The notes under the pieces are model-generated. The model worked only from the letters and a program-made list of their open reading frames with translations, was not told the origin of the DNA and searched no databases. From positions 39,194,304 to 39,258,303 of the forward strand of contig NC_092671.1 in assembly GCF_964355755.1 (NCBI RefSeq): a DNA stretch of 64,000 nt. Direction: 5' to 3'. The position numbers and the translations under genes were made by a program. Each line of letters begins with the position of its first letter. Positions within the stretch are counted from its first letter, which is position 1. The DNA is from Antedon mediterranea (Eukaryota > Animalia > Echinodermata). Shown piece by piece: positions 37,973 to 50,600 of this stretch.

Positions 37973-39537
37973 TCAAATTGTTTTAGGAATTGAATTGAAA
38001 TCTAGTTGACATCTAAAAACAACATTTTCCTGTTTCTTTGCCTCGAAATTAAGAAGATAATCTTGTTTAAAATCTTGCCACATTGTATAATGTAATTCAT
38101 CTCCTTTCAGTGTTTCGCTAAAGTATTGAGCAATATATCCTCGGAACTGACCATTTAAAATATCTGATGTAACATATGTGAGTATTTTATCAGTGTTACT
38201 CGTAAAATATGATTGGGCAACGTCGATGCAAAACTTGATATATGCTGCTTCATTCATGTGTTTGTTCACGTCCACATCGTCATTGCCAACGATTATCTTT
38301 TTGCTGTAGATCTCATCTGAAGATTTTGGAGTTTCAGATAGATCCGGGAAATTAGGCTTTTGCGCATGCGCAGCATATGAATGCGCATCTGTGAATAATG
38401 TTGGTATTGGGCAAGGTCGTCTGCTCTCAAGATTAACACATATAACTTGCGCAATACATGTACTAATACACTGTTTTTCTAATATTAGCTTACTACGGCA
38501 AACAATCGACGATGTCCCAATATACGAAACGCTATACGTACCGTGTATAGGTTCTGATATCATAGCGCTGGTGACATTCTCGTCAACGAATCCTTGCTGG
38601 TGACGCACAAAGTAGGATTCTTTCTTTGTAGACGAATAGTAGTCCTCTGGCAATGCTGATTGCAAACCGCAAATACGAACTTTTTCGTGAAGTAGTGCAT
38701 GTCTTGAAGGACGGATAAAACCTACAGATAAATAACTTAATAATGAACGACTTAATTCGGAAAGTGTTCATTAAGTAAGTATAATGTAAGGTCAACTTAA
38801 CAAACCATGCTGATATGAAAACAATAATTTTGGCTGTCATTTTGAATATTAATATATAAATAACTAGCGATCGCAAGGTCATGAGTTCAAATACTCTTAT
38901 TAGTTTTTTTTTTCTCATATCAGAAACATGCAGCGCGAAGGCTGAAAATGTTTATTTACAAAAATATATATATGGAAATACAAATATTTAAAAAATACAA
39001 AATGTATACAAAACATTAAACCAACCACAACACTACAATACAGCCATTCTTATTTTGAATTGAGCAATTTATGAGTAAATTATATTGCTTAATACAATGA
39101 AACTCATAATATTACAAGGATAGGTTCTGTGTGCTACAGTATATTAACAATACTGGTAGGATATTCATTATTGTCAAAATATTCCTTATTTTTTAAGGAT
39201 AGGACTCAGAAGACACTTAAAGTGAATTTAATGAATATAAATGAAGCAACTTAAAAGGGGCGGGGAAAGAAGAATATAATTATCTCTCACACTATAGTAC
39301 AATGTGTATACATAGAAACTGATCTGAATCCGTTTGATCACGGTATAGATCACGGTATAGAAAGTTCGGATTACAACACAACTATAGGTTCCTACCTGCT
39401 TCATTGAAGTCCTCCTTTCTCAGGTTTTTACAGCCGATATCAACTTTAGTGCTGTTTGTCGATGCCATTCTTGTTAACATACCTAAGCCAGCTCGTTTCA
39501 GCTGTACCCTTTGAAGCATTGCTGTTATGGTAAACAT
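37973..39537 (-). CDS. Thioesterase-like paralogue TE7 (296 aa); exons 39537-39396 and 38721-37973
   Basis: MFTITAMLQRVQLKRAGLGMLTRMAST...DFNEA-G|FIRPSRH; motif DVDVNKHMNEAAY; ends -PKTI; sister of TE4. Confidence 0.85.
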
Positions 39538-40228
39538 TTTGTTTTGAGCATGCGTAGTAGTGGCTGTTCTGGTTCTCAATAGTCAAGAGTACTAGGCCTA
39601 CCTATTGAAAATGAATACAACAATTAAGTGTTTTTAAGATAATGGTTTAATATTTATAAAAAGTTATAATCGCTCAATCATTTTTCAGGATGTTGTTGAA
39701 TAGCAATATTAAATATAAAAGTGACGTTTCACCAGCTTTCGTCAAACCGCCTACCGCATTAGTCCCCGAATTCATCCTCTCGTCTATCGGCGAGTCATTT
39801 TTCAAAGCAAATTCCAAAAATATATTAATATTTTCTCTTTATTCAAGCAATTTTTGTTTATAAAGGAAGGTGAAAATCTCTGGCATAAAATTCGAAAAGT
39901 GCAGGATAATTTAAAGACTTTTCTTCTTGTACATTATGACATGGTATAATGGTAATGGTTAATTGTTTGGTGTTTTAGCTTTGACAATACACGTGGTGAC
40001 TGAATATACGTACATGACAAACAAACAAACCTACTTTGTATTAAATTTAATATAAACAAAAGAACAAAACATATATTATAATTACATATGTGCATTAAAC
40101 GACTTGTAAAAAATAGTTAAATAAATTTATCATAACAAATATGTGGGTAACGCTACTGGATCGTCGAAATATTATATACCGTGCATAGATATGATCCCAA
40201 GCTTTAGTTTAGGACTACAGTGAATATA

Positions 40229-41759
40229 TCATAGGTTAGAGGTTAGATAATGTAGTTTGAACCGACATCTGAAAACAGGAACTCCATCTTTCTTTGCTTC
40301 AAAGTGGAAAAGATATTTATTTAGAAAATCTTGCCACATTGTATAACTGATCTCATCACCTTCGAGAGTTTCACCAATATACTCGCACGTAAGCTTTGTT
40401 AATTTACATTCTAACAGCTCGTGAGTAATGTTGCCAAATATTTTATCATTAATGCTGTTTTTAGCAACTAAAACACAAAACTGCATGTAAACAGCTGCAT
40501 TCATATGTCCGTTCAAGTCAACATCTTCTTTACCAACAACCATTGTTTTCTCGTAGATTCTTTTATCTTTAGATTGCAAAGTTTCTAACTGTTCGATCTT
40601 GGGTTTGATTCTTAGAACAGACTCGTACATTTGTACCAGTTTTTCTGGCAATGGGGTGGGTCTTCTCGTTTCAAGATTAACACAAACCCCTTGTTGGATC
40701 ATGGTACTAATACACTTTTTCTGGTTTTTCAAAATCACTTCAGACTTGCACAAAATTGAGGTTCTACCGACATGTGTCACAGTAAACACACCACATACTG
40801 GTTCAGATACCATGTCTGTTGTGATGTTGACATCTATAGATAATTGTCCATGGCGTAAAAAGAATCTGTTCAACTTGGCAATAGAGTCGGCATCTTCCTC
40901 TAACGATAACTCGAGACCAGTATTTCTGATCTGTTCATGGAAGACCAGGTGACGAGATGGATGAACGAAACCTAAACCAAGAATATGAAAATAATTTTAC
41001 AGTTTACTGTACTGTTAGGCCTACATCTTTACCATAACTTGAAAGAAAAATGAACTGTTCGAAGTAAGGAAACCTAGCCTGGTGGACACAGGTGTTATCC
41101 ACATCCGTATTGTTTCCTGATACTTCTTCCGTTCAGCTTGGAATTTACTATTTTATTCAATACTTTTAAAAATTACTGAACTTTGACGATGCATTTCTCT
41201 TGGTTGCCTTTCTCGTTTTGATTTGTTTGTATACACTTTATTTCCACAATTCCTATTTTTTTTACAAATTACAGTACTCAGTTGGTTTTTTTTGTCTGAG
41301 ATTCTTTTTTTTTTTTTCAATATTTAAAAAAAGAAATTACACTACATACGTGTTTGGCACTAACCCAGATACAGTATATTACGGTAATTATTATATTATA
41401 TGAACAACTGATTGATACGAAGGCATGCGACAAATCAATACGCATGGTGTCATTTCGTAATATTATTCATCGTAACACAATTTCTACCGCGACAGATGTT
41501 ATGGTAGGCGGCCGGTTCGACAATATACTTAGACTAGTCTTAGTAGACCTCTACTACTGCAAGCTAACTAGCAAGTATAGAGTGGTAACGTAACGCGTTT
41601 CGTACGGATGCATGTTTCCTATGTTATTAACTTAGAGTAGGCCTACAATAGGCGTACAGGTACTATGATTAGACAAAGCTTACCACTTTTATTGAAATCC
41701 TGCGATGAAAGACGTCCACAATCCTCAATGTTTAAAATGAAAACGTTTTTGGACGCCAT
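40229..41759 (-). CDS. Thioesterase-like paralogue TE8 (272 aa); exons 41759-41684 and 40971-40229
   Basis: MASKNVFILNIEDCGRLSSQDFNKS-G|FVHPSRH; motif DVDLNGHMNAAVY and EYIGET; ends -SNL; in-frame stop upstream of the ATG. Confidence 0.85.
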
Positions 41760-42824
41760 GATTCGATTAATACAACCCGTATGTGAGGACGGACATGGTC
41801 ATTCGCTGAGACGTGAGATTTGTGATGGTCGAATGATTTAAGTTATCAACTTATCAAAATGATCAACAAAATAAAATAAGCTCCACCCACCCCACTTTTC
41901 ATGTTGAAGCAAAATGCAAGTGGCTAAACAAATTAGCATACTCACTGTATAGAATGCCGTGATGTAACATACTAAATTGGGTTTTTTTTTCACGTTGTTT
42001 TTTTCAGTCAGTTATAGTACTAGAGGCTGACGTTTTTGGTTTTTTTTGCACGTCATGCTAAAATTACAAATTCCAAAGCATTTCTGGTATTTATGAGTCC
42101 TATTTGACTGTCAATCTAGACCGATATTAATTCGCTGTCAGGTAATCATTGAATTATTATAAAAACAGTCCAATAAAGTTTTTGTTTGTAATATGATACT
42201 TCACACTTGAAGTATCTAGGCGTGATGAATTGACCGCCAGACTTGTCCTTATAATAGCAATAAAATAAACTAAAGTGACAGAAATTGAGTCTGTGTTTCA
42301 TATCAAAGTTATTCACTTCTGTAACAAAAAAATAATATTTATTCACGTATAAAAAGAGAAAAGAAATATATATATATATATATATAAACTTTATTTAGAT
42401 ACTTTATTTATTTACTGACAGTACAACTCGTTCAATCAATTCAAGTATTTTTTGGCTTTAAATTACATTGTTTTAGGTAAAATAACTATTAGGCCTATGT
42501 GATAAATAAAATGACACATTCAAAAACAAATTTTAAATAAAAATTTTTTCTAGAGGGAAAATATATCTTTAAAACTGTTACTTCAATAAGCGAGCAGCGT
42601 TTTTTGTAAGAAATATTTCTTGTTTTAGGCAAAAAAAAATTATTTAGTCATCCTTCCCAAAATCATTTTTTACAATTTTATTTTCAGTTTTTTTTTCACG
42701 GAAGTTGATATTAATTGTTAAGTTATTGTGTTTATCTTATTTTACTGAATCGTTGAGATACGAAATATTATATACCGTGCATAGATATGATCCCTAGCTT
42801 TAGTTTAGGACTACAGTAAATATA

Positions 42825-44310
42825 TCATAGGTTAGAGGTTAGATAATGTAGTTTGAACCGACATCTGAAAACAGGAACCCCATCTTTCTTTGCTTCAAAG
42901 TGGAAAAGATATTTATTTTGTGAATCTTGGCACATTGTATAACTGACGTCATCACCTTCAAGGGTTTCACCAATATACTCGCACGTAAGCTTTGTTAATT
43001 TACATTCTAACAGCTCGTGAGTAATGTTGCCAAATATTTTATCATTAATGCTGTTTTTAGCAACTAAAACACAAAACTTAACGTAAACAGCTGCATTGAT
43101 ATGTCCGTTCAAGTCAACATCTTCTTTACCAACAACCATGGTTTTCTCGTAGATTTTTTGATCTTTAGATTGCAAAGTTTCTAACTCTTCGATCTTTGGT
43201 TTGGTTCCTAGGGCATCTACAGGAGGTGCATACATTTTTACGAGTTTGTCTGGTAATGGAGTAGGCCTTCTCGTTTCAAGACTCACACAAACCCCTTTTG
43301 CAATCATCGTACTAAAACACTTTCGCTGGTTTTTCAAAATCAGTTGAGACATGCATACAAATGAGGTTCTACCGACATATGTAACAGTAAACACACCACA
43401 TAATTGTTGTGATGGTGATACCATGTCTGTTGTGATATTGACATCTATAGATAATTGTCCATGGCGTAAAAAGAATCTGTTCAACTTGATAACAGAGTCG
43501 GCATCTTTCTCTAATGATAAAACCAGACCAGAATGTCTGATCTGCTCATGGAAGACCAGGTGACGAGATGGATGAACGAAACCTAAATCAAGAATATGAA
43601 ATTTACAGTTTGGTACATCTTTAACATAACTTGATTCTCAGAAAATACGAACTTTTTTCATCTAGCCTGGTGAACACATAGGCCTATGCGTATTGACTAT
43701 TGTTTCCCGACTTGCATAAATTCTTCTTCTAAATACTTAAAAAAATTACTGAACTTTGACGATGCATTTCTCTTGGTACTTTCTTGTTTTGATTTTTGTT
43801 TGTATACCGGGCCTACAGTAGGCTACACTAATTCCACAATAAGTTATTTTTTTTTACAAATCACAGATTAGGCCTAGGAGGCCTACTACATTATTTTCCC
43901 TTTTCTACTAATAATAGTATTATTAACAAAGGCATATGTGCCAGTAATTAAAGGCAAGCGACAAATCAATACGTATGCCATGGTGTCATTTTGTAATATT
44001 AATATTCATCGCAAACAAACTTTCGACCGCGACCGATTCTATGATAGGCGGTCGATTCGACAATAGGATCACTATATATCTACTTAGACTAGTCTTTTTA
44101 GTAGGCCTCTACTGCAAGCTACTAGCAGGTATAGAGTGTAAACGTGTTTCGTACGGAAGCAAGCATGTTACATGTTTCCTTACGTTAGTAACTCATAGTA
44201 GGCCTACAGGTACTTATGATTAGACCAAGCTTACCACTTTTATTGAAATCCTGTGATGAAAGTCGTCCACAATCCGCAATGTTTAAAATGAAAACGTTTT
44301 TCGACGCCAT
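42825..44310 (-). CDS. Thioesterase-like paralogue TE9 (277 aa); exons 44310-44235 and 43582-42825
   Basis: MASKNVFILNIADCGRLSSQDFNKS-G|FVHPSRH; motif DVDLNGHINAAVY; ends -SNL; tandem duplicate of TE8 including intron and 3' flank. Confidence 0.85.
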
Positions 44311-45052
44311 GATTCGATTAATATGACCCGTGGGGTCATGGTCATTCGTTGAAACGTGAGAATTGTAATGGTCGAATGATTTATTTTACCAATTATCAAA
44401 CTTTTCACGTTGTACCGCACCCCTTTTAAACAAAATTCAAGCGATAGAATACCATGATGTAACATTCTTTCAGTATTAAATCTCTCTCTCTCAAACTTAT
44501 TTAGTCATCCTTCCAAAAAAATCATTTTTAACAATTTTATTTTCATTTTTTTTGTCACGGAAGTTGATATTAATTGTTATGTTATTTGTGTTTATCTTTT
44601 TTAGAAGCGTAACAGTTAAGTTAATTTACAAATTAATGATCATAGATTGTACTTAATTTTTATGAAATAAAATTCATTGATTGTAGAAATTGAGTCCCAC
44701 AAATCGGCAACTTTTTACATGCAATAATAAACAAACTTTTACACAGATTGCGTTCTGACGACCGATAATAATCTTTCTATATATGCACCATGTGCAACTC
44801 AACAAATGTTTTGTTAAATGAAGTTAATCAAAATAAATGTATGTAAAAAGAAAATATTATTAGTATATCCTCTCCCCTGGTAGGCCTATACACACGTGAG
44901 ACAAATTGTTACTGTAAAGATCATTCAAATTTTTAATAAGCAAATGAAAATTAATAAGACGGTAAAAACTGAATCCCAAATAAGATGTAGGCCTAATATT
45001 ACATTAAGAACAAGCCGTTGTACTCTAGGTACATTTATTTAAGAATTGTAGT

Positions 45053-45130
45053 TTATAGGCAAGAGACGGAATGGAAATTGAGCCGACATCTGAAAACAAG
45101 AACGCCATTTTTCCTTGCTTAAAAGTGGAA
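45053..45130 (-). pseudogene. C-terminal relic of a tenth thioesterase paralogue
   Basis: Reads FHF*ARKNGVLVFRCRLNFHSVSCL*, homologous to TE8 FHFEAKKDGVPVFRCRFKLHYLTSNL. Confidence 0.75.
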
Positions 45131-45998
45131 CTTTTGGTATTTTTCGTAGCCAAACATAAGATCAAAAGCCTGTTACGAGTTCCTGCCTTGGCAATGTGAG
45201 TTCAGTGTCCTGTTGTTGCCTTATTTATTGTAGCGATGCAATCCAATTATCATCTTGATAACAGTGATTCTGAATATTATAATTGTTGAGTAAGCGCCCG
45301 CATTATTTATTTCCTATTAGGTTAAGGCAAAATAAGGAATAATGCAAGATACAAATTGTTTTCAATGATAAATAATTACAAGATAGATGACCTACTTCCT
45401 AATTATAACTGGACCTAACCCTTTTATAAAATTTTTTTAAATCTCATGAATTATAATGATTTTTACCTTCTCGGGAGAATACTGAAAACAGCCTATGGTC
45501 TCTAGCCAGCCACATACCTCAATTCATAGTGAAAGCAATTACAGTGATATCACATATTTATATATGTAACAAAACATAGGTAGAACAGAAAATACTAAGT
45601 CACAAACAACACAGCTTTCTTTTAATATTTATTTAAATCTTTCAAAAAACATTCAATCCATCCATTCAATAAATAACACGGTGTGTCCACACATACAATC
45701 CGTCAATATCCATTTCAACACACTCTCTCTGCATGTAAACTCTGTCTATATATCTTTCTATACACGTAAAAAGTTTAAATCAACCGATGGATAAATGATA
45801 ATGATGTCTCACACAATATCATGAAAATAATTGTTCTTATCCATGATATTGATGGAGAAAAAAAAATCTATTATCAGAAAAATCGTTCAACCCAATATAA
45901 TATTGAACATAGCTTTTAGGTCTAAATTTCTAAAAATGAACAAAATAATTTGGCTAAACATTAACATTTGTTGCTATTATAATACAATTATAAATCAG

Positions 45999-46088
45999 GT
46001 GATTCAAGCCGGTTTCGCAGGTCACGTCGTGATTCAAGCCGGTTTCGCAGGTCACGTCGTGATTCAAGCCGGTTTCGCAGGTCACGTC
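45999..46088. repeat. Tandem repeat, 30 bp x3
   Basis: gtgattcaagccggtttcgcaggtcacgtc repeated three times. Confidence 0.95.
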
Positions 46089-46416
46089 CTGCTCATATCA
46101 AATTTATGTTTATTTCGATTTCTATTTTGACATGCAACTTTTCTTCACATTGAAACAATTTTAGCATTATTGTATATAGATAGGTCATGAGTTAAAACAT
46201 TTTCATAAAGGCCTATTAGCTTATGTTTAATCTGAGAATATATATATATGACAATCTGATTTGAGAAGGAAATGCATGTTATAAATACAGTTAGAACATA
46301 TACCACCATTGTATTGAGTATTTTATACTGATAATATCTAACTGATTTGCTTCAACCTTTAATGTTTAGCAAAAAGGGACGATTACTCAAATTTATACAA
46401 TTTTTTTTAAGGCTTA

Positions 46417-46547
46417 AGCTCTGTCTACACTATCAAACTAGTTTGACAAAAAAAAGTGTCAAATATTGTAGTGATATGACATCATCGTGTCCATATATGG
46501 GCACATCACATTTTGTTGTCACATACAGTTTGATAGTGTAGACAGCT
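46417..46547. mobile_element. MITE family A copy
   Basis: tta|agctctgtctacactatcaaact ... agtttgatagtgtagacagct. Confidence 0.85.
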
Positions 46548-47337
46548 TAAATCAATTAAATGAAATGTCACTTGCTCAAACTTAAAGTTTCTACAATTAA
46601 TTTGATAGCTATAAATCATGTACATAATCATATTGATAATTAGTATGTTAAACATGATGGGACCAACAGACAAACCGGCACACTTAATAATAGCATGTGC
46701 AAAGATAAACTGAAATAAACAAATGCAACATTTTGTACTTTTAGTTTTGTACTGTTTTTTAAATTAATTTCTGTAAATGTAAAACATTGAAAATGTAATT
46801 GATAATACAATTCAATTTAATATATTATGCTAAATTCAATGAAACAGTGTGTCAACATTTACAAACTCTAATCAGATTTGTGGGAAAACCCACTAATATT
46901 ATATATATATACTTTAATTTTATTAATATCCTTACTCTAAAGTTTTATTATGATTTTTCTGTGACTATATTTCTATAACAATGTCTTTTAAGCAACAACT
47001 CAGTAAGTCAACTTAAATAATGTTTTATATTGAGTGACATAATATTATGCATGAATCGTAATAACATGAAGAAAAACATTATTTTTATGAACTAAAACTT
47101 TCTTATTTATGTACAGCTATGTTTGTTTTTAACATAATTCAGGGCGTGGTTATTATCGGAACCACCAGTGCCAAGAAATAAATCATCCGCTTGGTTAGGA
47201 CCTATGTTTTAAGTATAAACATAATCTTTTAAGATGTTTATTATTAGTAGTAAAACTATAGTAAAAGATGTTTGTAAAATTAAGTGATTCTAAAATATAG
47301 TGTTTGTTACCTCACGACAAGTAGGTGGAAAATATGG

Positions 47338-47480
47338 GTAAAAGCAGGGGAGAGGGTTTCACTCTTCCCTCGTAAAAGCAGGGGAGAGGGTTTCACTCTT
47401 CCCTCGTAAAAGCAGGGGAGAGGGTTTCACTCTTCCCTCGTAAAAGCAGGGAAGATGGTTTCACTCTTCCCTCGTAAAAG
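47338..47480. repeat. Tandem repeat, ~34 bp x4, in or near the TAX1BP1 3' UTR
   Basis: gtaaaagcaggggagagggtttcactcttccctc units. Confidence 0.9.
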
Positions 47481-47659
47481 TTAATAAAAAGAAACAAGTA
47501 AAAAATAATCATTAAAATCAATGAAAGCATGTTCAACTGATTATGTACAAAGCAATGGTTTATTACATTATATTATTACGGGAATAATATCTAGATAAAT
47601 CTTTCAGCTAATCTAGATAATATCTAATATATAGATAAAATCTAGATAAAAGCTTTCAG

Positions 47660-50600
47660 TTAATCCCTGAAGTGCTGTTGTACATGCGCCTCAAATTCTT
47701 CCTGACTGTTCTCTGGCGTGCAGGTAAATTCACACATAGGACACTGCTTTCCAGAGTGCGACGTGACATGGTCGATAAAATATTGGTGTGGAATCGATGG
47801 AGGGAACACCAATTGACACTCGGGACATCTTATTTGAGTCTCGACTGGAAACTCAGGAGCATCATGGAACTCTACAGCCACATCTTCCCTAAAAAAATAT
47901 TTAATGAAACATTAATTCTTATTTTTTTTTTATATTTCTCTTTTGAGAATTATTTTGTGCATTATTTTTATAAATTCTATTAATTTAAATTTAATTGTTA
48001 TATGTTTATGTCTGTATGTCATGTTGTATTTTTGTGAGGGTCCTTAATGATCAGCTTCAACTGGATGGACCACTTTCGTAAAATATTGTTGAAATAAATA
48101 AATTGAAAGGAAGGTCTATCAGTCTTTTCTAGACGTCACATATCTATCAGATATAAAGGTTTGTGAAATATTACAGATTAGGATTTTCAAAGGCGCCTTG
48201 AGCAGTTGGGTGGATATGTGCGCTTAATAAATCTTATTACAGTGTTATTATTATAAAACCTACAATATCCAAATTCAATTTTTTTTTTTATGTTTCACAA
48301 ATAAAAAAGTCGGTAAATTGTAATTTTTAAAATCTTTTGTAATTTAATAAGAAAAAAGAAAATCATACTTGTCATCATCTTGGGTAGAGCTGTTAGGAGC
48401 AACAGCAGCAGCAGCAGGGGGTGGAGTTGCATTAGGTAGATTAACTTGCACAGGATCCAGCTCATCAATAGTAACAGTGGTTTTCTGTATGACATTTTTC
48501 ATTGCAGCAATCTTTGCTCCTTGAGTCATCACAGGCTCCAATGGTTCTGGTAGGTTCATCGTTACTGGTGGATTCCGTGGCGGTAAAAGAGATACTTCCT
48601 CGGATCCATTGACATTTAATTTGTTGGCTTCTCTTTTGGGTTGAAAGACAACAACGTGTTTTGGGCGTGGGGTATAAGGGTTGTCATACACTTGGTCCGT
48701 TGTATCTTTAGCGTATGGATTCACGTAGATACTTGGTTTTCTTCTTATTGGATCTTCTTGTGTTGCTGCTGAGTTACTGCAATGGTTTGCAGCTTGGTTT
48801 GCAGCCTTCAAAGCCTCAACTTCTACCTTCAGTTGTTGGATCATAAACTGAAAAAAAAAAAAACATTTTTATTTATTATGTATTTATTTTATGTTTTTAG
48901 GCACAAAACCAAGGATTACCAATAGTAAATTGATTTACTATCCTATCAGATAGGACCCGATTCCCAGTGCAGTATTTTACTATCCTATCAGATAGCACCC
49001 GATTCCCAGTGCAGTATTTTACTATCCTATCAGATAGCACCCGATTCCCAGGGCAGTATCTCCACATCTATCTATTTCCGAAGTATCAAAGGAATGTTTA
49101 GTAATACAGCATCTTATTTATATCAAATATGGTGCCTGTATCATGTAAGGTTAGGTTGAGGGTTAGGTTACTACTAGATACATGTGAAACACATGTGATG
49201 CTATATTACCAAATATTCCTATGATACTTCGGAAATAGATACAGTACAGAAAACCAACTACAGATAGGTGGTAATCCCCCTGACACAGAGGCTATCAGAT
49301 AGGTGATAATCCCCCTGACACAGAGGCTATCAAATAGGTGATAATCCCCCTGAAACAGGGGGCTATCAGATAGGTGGTAATCCCCCTAACACAGAGGCTA
49401 TCAGATAGGTGGTAATCCCCCTGACACAGAGGCTATCAAATAGGTGATAATCCCCCTGAAACAGGGGGCTATCAGATAGGTGGTAATCCCCCTCAACACA
49501 GAGGCTATCAAATAGGTGGTAATCCCTCTGACACAGAGGCTATCAGATAGGTGGTAATCCCCCTGACACAGAGGCTATCAGATAGGTGATAATACCCCTG
49601 ACACAGGGGCTATCAGATAGGTGATAATACCCCTGACACAGGGGCTATCAGATAGGTGGTAATACCCCTGACACAGGGGCTATCAGATAGGTGGTAATCC
49701 CCCTGACACAGTGGCTATCAGATAGGTGGTAATCCCCCTGACCCAGGGCTATCATATAGGTGGTAATACCCCTGACACAGGGGCTATCAGATAGGTGGTA
49801 ATAATTTCCAACGGCTATCATATAGGTGGTAATACCCCTGACACAGGGGCTATCAGATAGGTGGTAATAATTTTCAACAGAAGACACAATGATGGATTTT
49901 TTTCTTTGTTGCCTCATTTAATTTAATAATAAAATTCAGGCGAGTATAATTGTGATCCAAACCGAATATACGATCATTCTTATCCTCACATTATTAATAT
50001 CAATTTTTTTGTCATCTTCAAATGAACATCACATAATTCATATTGTTATTATTATGTTCTATTGGTTAAATAATACCAATTCAAAATAATTCCAGCGTTC
50101 TTACCTCTTTCTCTTGGTAAAGCCTGTCAAAATCTTTTTTCATTGCCTCTTTTACTTGTGTTTCGTCCATCAATCGATTGTGAAGATCTTTCATCTGGTT
50201 ACTAAACATTGAGCACTGCTCTTCATTTCTTATCTTCTCTTCCTGTGAATCAATCAAATAAGAAACATTTCATGATAACAGCTTTTCAGGGTTAATTGCA
50301 TTCAAGAAGATGGTTTATATAACTGTTATTCAACATTCAAGAAATGTTGTTGGTTCACTTTAAGATGGAAATTTGTTTTGCTTGGCATAATTAAGACAAT
50401 AAAACTACAAAGAAAAATACATCACAATGTAATGTTAAAATACTATTTATAGGCTTATGGTAAAATAATGTTAAAAAAACTATTAAAAATGCAGATTGTA
50501 AAAACGCTAAAGGCAACGTAAAATTGTTAAAAACAATTAAATGATGGCACTAGGTTATTTAAATTATAGACTAATAGGCTGGGTAATCATCAGGAATAGT

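Larger units (their letters stand above)
35379..40605. repeat. Segmental duplication copy 2
   Basis: Homologous to 21841-27915. Confidence 0.9.

Noticed and set aside
9660-44310. Recent bacterial horizontal transfer or contamination as the source of the thioesterases
   Set aside because: All copies have a conserved spliceosomal intron and host-like composition, and sit among animal genes; an ancient transfer cannot be judged without a phylogeny
49148-49170. Interstitial telomere (ggttaggttgagggttaggtta)
   Set aside because: Only a few degenerate units at the centre of a MITE
49648-49917. 89-aa ORF with YHLSDSPCVRGITT repeats
   Set aside because: Translation of an intronic minisatellite
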